This document shows, one piece after another, positions 56,751-64,000 of a DNA stretch of 64,000 nucleotides. The notes beneath the pieces were generated by a model. That model did not search any database. It saw only the letters and a program-made list of their open reading frames with translations, and had not been told where the DNA came from. The stretch comes from Eutreptiella sp. 'Long Island Sound 2002' (taxonomy: Eukaryota > Protista > Euglenida). A program made the translations under genes and the position numbers. The stretch covers positions 129,146,001 to 129,210,000 of the forward strand of contig OZ038378.1 of NCBI GenBank assembly GCA_964036045.1, given 5' to 3'. How positions within the stretch are numbered: position 1 is the stretch's first letter; each line of letters opens with the position of its first letter.

Positions 56751-59700
56751 TGGCCCATGCGGCCTCTTCCCTTGCACGTAAGCGTAGCACAAGTCGAAGA
56801 CCACTCACATCCACACTGAATCCCTCAAATTCTGTGACCATCCATCGGGATTGCGAAGTCGAACCAATCCCTTTGAGGTCTAAACAACAAAGGAAGGAAA
56901 GCATGTACAAATGGTCATAGGAACGTGTAAAACCTCCAAACCATTTCCCGGTTAGGGTAAGGTACAATGATCATTTGAAATGCCAAATGAAGAGGCACCA
57001 AGGCAGGAGAGGGGGGGAGAAAGGGAGCCCACCCTCCCACTCAGCACATCCTGGGTAGCCTGAGTCAGGAGCCCCAAGGAGGAAGAACAAAACATGCTGA
57101 AACAACAAGACATGGGTAAGGCCCATTGGCTATCAAAGCCTACCCTAGTGGGGGGGGATGTCGCTCTCCAATCCCGGCATTATACGGCGCTGGAAGCAGG
57201 GTTTCTAGTGCCTACACATTCCCTCTCCATGCTCTCCAAATAGCTCAACTGCACTCCTCTTGGGGCAGGCGATAGCTTCACCACACCACGGTAGTGGGGG
57301 GGGGGGTCCCGGGTGCCTATAAGACTTAGGCCCCAGAAATTGGGTGGAAAGGGGGGTAAATTTGTATATCACCCATAGCACATCAGGATCCCACATCCCA
57401 AAAGGAAACAAGGATGGTTGGGGGAGGCCAAGACCTTCACCCTGACACGCGTAGATTGGAAGGACCCAACTCCAAACGGGCTCTGAGACCTAGCATGGGG
57501 AGCAGGGCACAAAAACAGGCAAAACCAACAATCAGAGGTTACCCACTTCAACTCACTCTCCGGCCAAGGCAAAATTGATTTGAACAATTACATGTGACAC
57601 ATTCAAAGGGCATCAGTCAAACATTCTGCCCACCGGATATCCGGGTCTGTCTCCCTGATACCATGTCACTGTCACAAGTCTGGTATGCTGCGAACTTTGG
57701 TAAATTTTCCCTAACTGAAAAACAATGGAGAAAAGAATGCAAATAACTCCCACATACGGTTGGCCTAAGGTCCAGTGAAGTGCAGGCACAAAGATTCCGG
57801 GACAGAGTTGGTTGTCCTAAAGGGGCCGGCCCTACCTCCCCGTCAGGTTAGAACAAGGTAACCAACTTCAATACCCAATTTTCGAGGTCATTTTTGGGAC
57901 CTCAAAAAGGGCTTATGCATAAATTTGTGAGTCAGATTTGAAGTCCAGATTCAGGGGCCATATGGGTTTGGTCCGATCCTATGACGGTAGGCCATGACTC
58001 AAACTCCTCACAGATGACAAATAGACATTGATGAGAGGCCACGGGTGAAATATTGGCCCAAATCCAGAAGATGGCCTAACTTCCCCATGGCCCAGAAGTG
58101 ACATCATGAAATTTGTATTTTCAACAAAATTCCAGAGAAAATTGAAAACAGTGAACCCATGTACCAGTAACCTTCCACAAAATGCTCAATACCAACTAGA
58201 GAGCATCATTGAAACATAGAAAAAGACCCCAAGGTCCAACTCCTCATAGGTTCTTTACTCTTTACCCGCCAAGTGACTACATGACAGGGTGGTTTTCAGG
58301 GTCCATAATGTACATCTCTGCGACGAAGTGAAACCACTATCCTGTACACTTGGCAGACTTGGTTGCAATGCATTGGATAAGTGATAGCACATACCGAAAC
58401 AAGTTCGAATACCCAAAGTAGAAAGAGAAGGGGGGTGTTGGGTCAAGGAACAAGGAGACTTGGCCCAAAGACTGAAAAGAACCAAGTGGATGATGTGAAC
58501 ACACAAACTTTGAAATCTCGAAGACGTTTTGGAGATTGCAATGGTGTGGCAACCCCAAAGTGAGTTACAACCAAGTAAGGGCATGTCAGTGAAGCCCAAG
58601 GTGAGCTCTTTGATTGCAATTAGTACTTGGAGTGGAATTCAACATCTACATGAAGATATGAGTTCGAGGAACAACCCATAACTGAGTAAATTTGGGCAAT
58701 GTTCACATGACCAAATTTACTACAAGCAAAGATTGCCATAGAAAATTGGTCATAGTGCGTAGATAAAAATCGACAACGACCTATAGTACTCATACATGAA
58801 CACTAGGGACCATGCAGGCCAGAAATGATCCAGAGTTGAACCAGAAACGCAATACTTGTGGATGTCCATGGTTTCCACAAGTGAACACATGAAAAATATA
58901 AACCTCAAGACACAATCACCAAAATTCATGTGTGGCCCTATGTACAATGATCCAGGAGCAAACAAAATGCATTATCCAAAATGGACACATTTCACAAGAC
59001 GCACAAACAACACTTAGACTCAAAGTTGAACCGAGCTCCGAGATCCAACCTCGAAAAGTAGGCCCATCGAAGGCCAAAAATGAGTGATTTTTGGCATAAA
59101 TGGAAATGCCAAAATGAGCGCAAAAAAGTTTAAAACTTCGAACTAAAAGATGTCAAAAGCGTCGAACCGCAACCAAAACTCGAACATGTATTGTTTGTAC
59201 TCAACGAAAACGAAGAAAATGAGCTCTCACTCATTTTTCGTCGCCACTATATCTTGGAGATATGGTGGTGAACTTTGAGCACTTGAAAAAAAAGTGCTCA
59301 AAATCTGGACACCAATATTGACACAAAGAATCACCAAGAGCTCAAATGAACTCCAACCAAGGTGATTATGAAGCTGCAAACTTGTTGTTACGACGCGAAA
59401 AAGAAATTGCGGCCAAACTCAACAATGACGCGACACACTGACTCAGAAAAGGTGTCATCATGAACGACACAAAAAAACGCTATTCATGCATGAACGTTCC
59501 TCGCACCATGGAGTGTGTTGACCCACCAAGACCATATCTCGACATTGCAAAGGGAGGGGAAGGCAAACCAAAATGATTACCAATGTTGAGTTCACCCTGG
59601 AATCAATGAAATCAACTTGACCTTGGAACTCATCATGGTCTCCAAACCACAACCGAAACTCAATTCAATCCTAAAAGTTCAGTCATATCTCCAAACTGGC

Positions 59701-60506
59701 TTGCAACTCACACAAACAAATGACATACAATTGCAGAGGAGACTGAAGCAGTTTCAACGCATCCCTGCTCATTAGTGTCGGATGCAAAATTTCAATTTAG
59801 GCATAGGCTGAAGTGACTACATGAAGAAAATAAAATATGTATGCCATGCCTAATCTAACAATGGGGGTAAACGAAAAAGGCACCGTAAGGTGCCGGCAAT
59901 GATACCTGAGGTATCCCTATACTTTGAATGCCTTAGCATCATGACGCTAGGGCGTTTTTGAAAATAGTGGCACCGGCGCCTGAAGTTTTAATTCCCGATT
60001 ACAATATACATATTGACTATTACAACCATGCAGTCGTAATTAATTCAGGTCAACAGGATAGACTTTTCGTACAGGCCAGTTCATGGTCTCGCGATTTGGG
60101 TCCCCAGATCCCAACTGGCAGTTCACGCGCGAATTGGCGCGACGCCGGTTCACAACCAGGCCGCAGCGAATATCTAACTTCTGTACCTATGCAAATTTGA
60201 GGTAAGTTCACATAGCTATCAACAGGGCAATGAATTCCCTATCAACTGATACAAAAGCGGCGGAAAAACACGCCGTGTTCCCAGATATCCCTACTGCATG
60301 TTCAAACCAAATGTACCATGAAAGGAAAGGTTAGGGGGGGATGAAGGCTAATGATATCCCCTATCAAATCCCATAGTGTGGGTCTATAATAGCCTACACA
60401 AAGAGATGACGGGGATGAGCGCAAGGAGGAGTATGTGTCCCCATAACCGGGGATCAGGCCCCACAGCGGGGGGGCAGGGGCCGTAGGGCATGACGGAAAG
60501 GAAACA
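56751..60506 (-). repeat. Repeat H copy 2, uninterrupted, ~3.75 kb; LTR-like
   Basis: Colinear, diverged direct repeat of reassembled copy 1 (7473-8368 + 42342-43179 + 48834-50835). The minus strand begins TGTTTCC at 60506. No matching TSD found. Confidence 0.8.
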
Positions 60507-60600
60507 ACAATTCCCTAGTTGATTACATTTCCTTAATACCTGGACCAAGCGGTGGCAAAGAATCAAAGGAGGCAAGAAAGAAACAGCAACCTCGTGTTTT

Positions 60601-61824
60601 TAGGGATGCAGGTTCAAATTCGCACGAATTTGCTCGAATTCGAATTCGCCCTGAATGTGCGCGAATTCCAAGACCCGTCCAAATTCGAATTTGCAACTTC
60701 AAATTTGTATTCCCCCTTTATTCGCTTGAATTCACCCCAAGCTAAGAATCCATAGGCACCTACCATTTACCTTCCAGGTTGCAATGCACCTCTTTTCATA
60801 TGGGTATGCCACTACCAAGTACCATATAGCATGAAGAATTTCAAGTCCAAAAGCTTCCATAACCTTGCTATTTTTGTTGTTTGCTGTTGCTTGCATTCAC
60901 CGTGCCTAAACGATTGGACAAAAATACACACAAATCAAAACGGAGAATTCCAAAATTCCAGGTATAGACGCTTCCTTGATTCTTTCAAGTGCCTTTTGGA
61001 AATAAGGCAGCAACGAAGCATGCAAAATCACCAATTCACACACAAACCATCAGATGTGAACCACGTGTTGTATTTATTGGGCCTTCATTCATTGCATTCT
61101 TGAATTGAATCATTGGACTTGAATTCATCTAAGGGAGAGGATAACAAATACAAGGGAAACATTAAGCAAACTGGCAGTGGGCAATCAATTAACATTATTC
61201 TTGTCTTGACGCTCAAAAATCATCACCATGTGATTGGCACATTGCACTGTCAAGTCTGGACTTTTGCAAGTCTGGTGATAAGGATTTCTCTGCATGCACG
61301 GCACCGAGAAGGGTAAGGAGGGTACCAATATAAAGGGTAAGCAAGGGGGAACACGTTTTGACTGTTCAAAGTCGGAAACAAAAAGCCAGAAACTAAAAGT
61401 TCGCGGCGCGTCTTTCTCCGAACTGGTGTGGTTCTCAGAGGAAGAGAGGGCACTGTCGTGTTCATCGAAGCCAGGCCGACACAGCGGGCTGTTCAAAACT
61501 CATAAAACTTTTTTTTTCGCAAAGGAATACGCCGGCACAAAACAAGAAACTGAATAGTTCAATCGTAGCAGAATGATCATAATTTTCATTGTATAAGGTC
61601 AAAAAAAGTGTTGCCTACCAGAATTCAAAGTTAGGTTTTCATCTCGACAAAGGATGGCGCACACGTGATCATTTTGCCGTTGCCTGCGAATCCGTGGCGT
61701 TAATTCGCCCCAAAATTGCGGTACTGTGAATTTTAGACCAAATTCCCAACACAATTGCGCTGCGAATGAAATCGCAGCGGATTCGGCGAATTCCAATTAA
61801 ATTCGCTGCGAATCTGCATGCCTA
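60601..61824. mobile_element. Non-autonomous hAT-like TIR element, 1.22 kb
   Basis: TIR TAGGGATGCAGGTTC (60601-60615) versus the reverse complement of 61810-61824, TAGGCATGCAGATTC (13/15), resembling the Ac terminus TAGGGATG. (C)GAATT(C)-rich subterminal blocks; flanks cgtgtttt / ctgttttt are only an imperfect 8-bp TSD. Confidence 0.7.
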
Positions 61825-61833
61825 CTGTTTTTT

Positions 61834-62420
61834 GGATAAGACAGCTGACGACCTCATCTACATGTTTCTCCCTGAAGTAGTTCGACTAAAAGGATGCCCT
61901 CAACGAATCATCTCCAATCGAGACAAGTTGTTTGATTCCCAAGCCTGAGAAGAATGGGCGCTTCACTTCAAAATGGAGATGCACCAAACAGTGGCTAACT
62001 GCCCTCAAGGTAACAGTTTGGCAGAGCGATCCAACCAACCGATCCTTCAACGATTGCAAACAGACGGTATCTTAGGCACCAGCGAGAGGGATGTGGACCT
62101 CTTTTTCGCAGAAGTCCAGTTCAACAACTTGACGTCCATGAGCCTTCTGCTCTCGCCATTTGGGATCGACGAGGGTCGCACCCCCAGTTTTCCGCTCGAG
62201 TTTCCCAGAATAATGGTGCATGCACACGAAAGCTCCACTCTGAACGATTATATGCATCGAGTTGAATGTTCTTTTGATTCGGTGTGCACCGTGCTTGCTG
62301 AGGAAAGTCGACGCCAGTTGCACATTGTCTTACAAATGGACAAAAATGTTCGAGTGCCTGAGGAGAGGGATGAGTGGTGGGTGCTAGTGCCAAAAACTCG
62401 ACAACCTTACGCAAGATTGT
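61834..62420 (+). pseudogene. pol: Ty3/gypsy integrase catalytic core, C-terminal half; probable continuation of 6009-6664
   Basis: DKTADDLIYMFLPEVVRLKGCPQRIISNRDKLFDSQA*EEWALHFKMEMHQTVANCPQGNSLAERSNQPILQRL...SPFGIDEGRTPSFP. Confidence 0.88.
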
Positions 62421-62680
62421 TAAGCAGGGCACCAAGTCGAACTCAAATACACAATTCCGGGACCAAAACCTTGTACCGAAGACATCGAAGCATCGTACAT
62501 ACTTCAATGCACAGCTATGTCGCTCATCGATCTTTCATGTCAGCTGCTGCGATGTCGCGCCTGTTCAATGGGTGATCGCCCGTTCGCACGCTCCCTGCTT
62601 TGTGGCTGCTCCAAACCATAACAAACAATCGTGTAGATGTGTATGACGCGAAATGGAGTTGTCATGGAGGGCAGTTTTCA

Positions 62681-64000
62681 GGGTTGAGGTTTGTGGTTTT
62701 GGGTACTAGACGCCTTTTGGCCCCAAGTGGCCACCTGGTCGGGCCAGGTGATATCCTTCCCACCGGGAGCTAGTGGAAGGCCCTTCATGACACACCTCCT
62801 GCCTGCTGGCGGAGTCCCCCGGGTTCACGGGGCTCGGAGCCCTGTCCCTCCCCGGCTTCCCCTTTTCGCCAACTCCGGTCAGTGTGTCACTTAGCGCACC
62901 CTAGTTGCAGGTGCTTACACACTACGCCGCCCCCCTAATGCATGGTCTCCCGGGGCGCCGGCGCCGCCGGGCCCGTGCTACTGGCTGTACGCCAGTGGGA
63001 CCCCCATGGGCTGCCGCGGGGCCTGCCTAGCCATGGGGCTAGTGCGTGGCTCGGTTCGCCACTACTGCCTTTGGGGGTGCATTGCCCTTTTCGTGTGTGC
63101 GCGGCGCTCGCGGCAGGTCCAGGGAGTGGGGGCCGGTACCGGTTCCTGTGTCTCTTGCCTGCCCCACTCCCCGCCCTCGCGTTCCCCGCGTTGCGTGTGG
63201 CGCGCCGTCCCGTCCGGGTATCCCTTATCCTCGCCCACCGGTACGCCATTCCATGCAGTCTGTGTGTTCCACAGGCCCGGTCCGGTTGCCCTTCTGGTTT
63301 TCCCCGTGTGCCCTATGTGTGTGTGTGTGCTCGCGCTTCCGCGGCGTCTGCGCCCTTTCCCCCTCCCTGGGTCGGTGTGGCACTGGCACCCCGCGTTGTC
63401 CCGGTGCAGGGCGCTCCCCCCATCCCCCCGGCGCCGTACCGCCCCGGACGCACAGGCCCGCCCACGAGGGGGCACACCACCCACAACCAGGTACGGGGGG
63501 ACAGAGACAGGACCGCCCCCGCCCCTAAGCAAGCCAGACGACGCACGGAACCGAGGCAGGAAACGCGGAGGAGCACGGACCGCATGGAACGGCCCTACCA
63601 GCAGCCTGTGTGGCGCCCCCACTCGGGGGCGTGGCCGGGGGGCCCCGAGGCGCGGGGGGTCGCTCTACCTCGGTCAGTCCCTCTGCCTCCCCTGGCCGAT
63701 CACCAAAGCAGCTGTCATCGGCGTCGCTCAGTTCATGGAGGTCGTGGTCTCCATACTGCTCCGGTTCGTGTCCGCGTGCTGACCCCGGATGCGGTCCGCG
63801 GGGTGCTTTTGTGCGCCGGCGCGCGACTGGTCACCGTGGGAGCCGGCGGGTGGCGGTGTGGAAGCGCGTGGCGCTCCCCCACGGGTGCCGCGGCGCTTAT
63901 GAGGGGGGGGGGGGGCTCCCCTGGTTTGGCGGGGGGGTCGTTTGGCCAGCGTTCCCTTGGCCTGCCTGCAGCCTTCCGCGGGCTGGGGGGGGGGGTTGAG
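62681..64000 (-). mobile_element. Second, longer copy of the (CTCAAAC)n-tailed non-LTR-type family; runs off the right edge
   Basis: Reverse-complement homology to 38300-39100, e.g. gtactagacgcc at ~62703 versus ggcgtctagtac at 39066-39077; degenerate (gtttgag)n tail at ~62674-62703. Confidence 0.8.

Noticed and set aside
56733-56757. tRNA primer-binding site for the H element (minus TGGGCCAGCGGATTG)
   Set aside because: It does not match any tRNA 3' end I recognise, and the same gccca precedes both H copies, so the boundary is ambiguous.
1-64000. tRNA, rRNA or telomeric arrays
   Set aside because: No cloverleaf, rRNA-like sequence or tandem TTAGGG-type array was seen by eye; only isolated hexamers.

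Overview
Eukaryotic, almost entirely repeat-derived DNA with no intact host gene: a nest of transposable elements. The host taxon cannot be determined from this window. Reconstructed layers, outermost first: (1) an old Ty3/gypsy pol whose integrase appears split between 6.7 kb and 61.8 kb; (2) a pair of ~3.75-kb direct repeats ('H', LTR-like, minus strand); (3) a chromodomain-bearing Ty3/gypsy element (18015-42337, ~2.6-kb TG..CA LTRs, 4-bp TSD) whose pol has a Dam-like adenine-methyltransferase-type domain between protease and RT, and whose 5' part is tandemly duplicated at 8369-14102; (4) in its 3' LTR, a 7.8-kb DNA transposon (33091-40903; 21-bp TIRs, 5-bp TSD) with an Academ-like DDE transposase pseudogene, a spliced ParB-like cargo gene and ten copies of a 22-bp palindrome. 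Several 5'-truncated non-LTR-type insertions with tandem-repeat tails and 11-17-bp TSDs are also present (one with a Ulp1/C48-like protease remnant, one with a 65-bp minisatellite), plus a hAT-like non-autonomous element. All protein-family calls come from reading motifs by eye, not from database searches.
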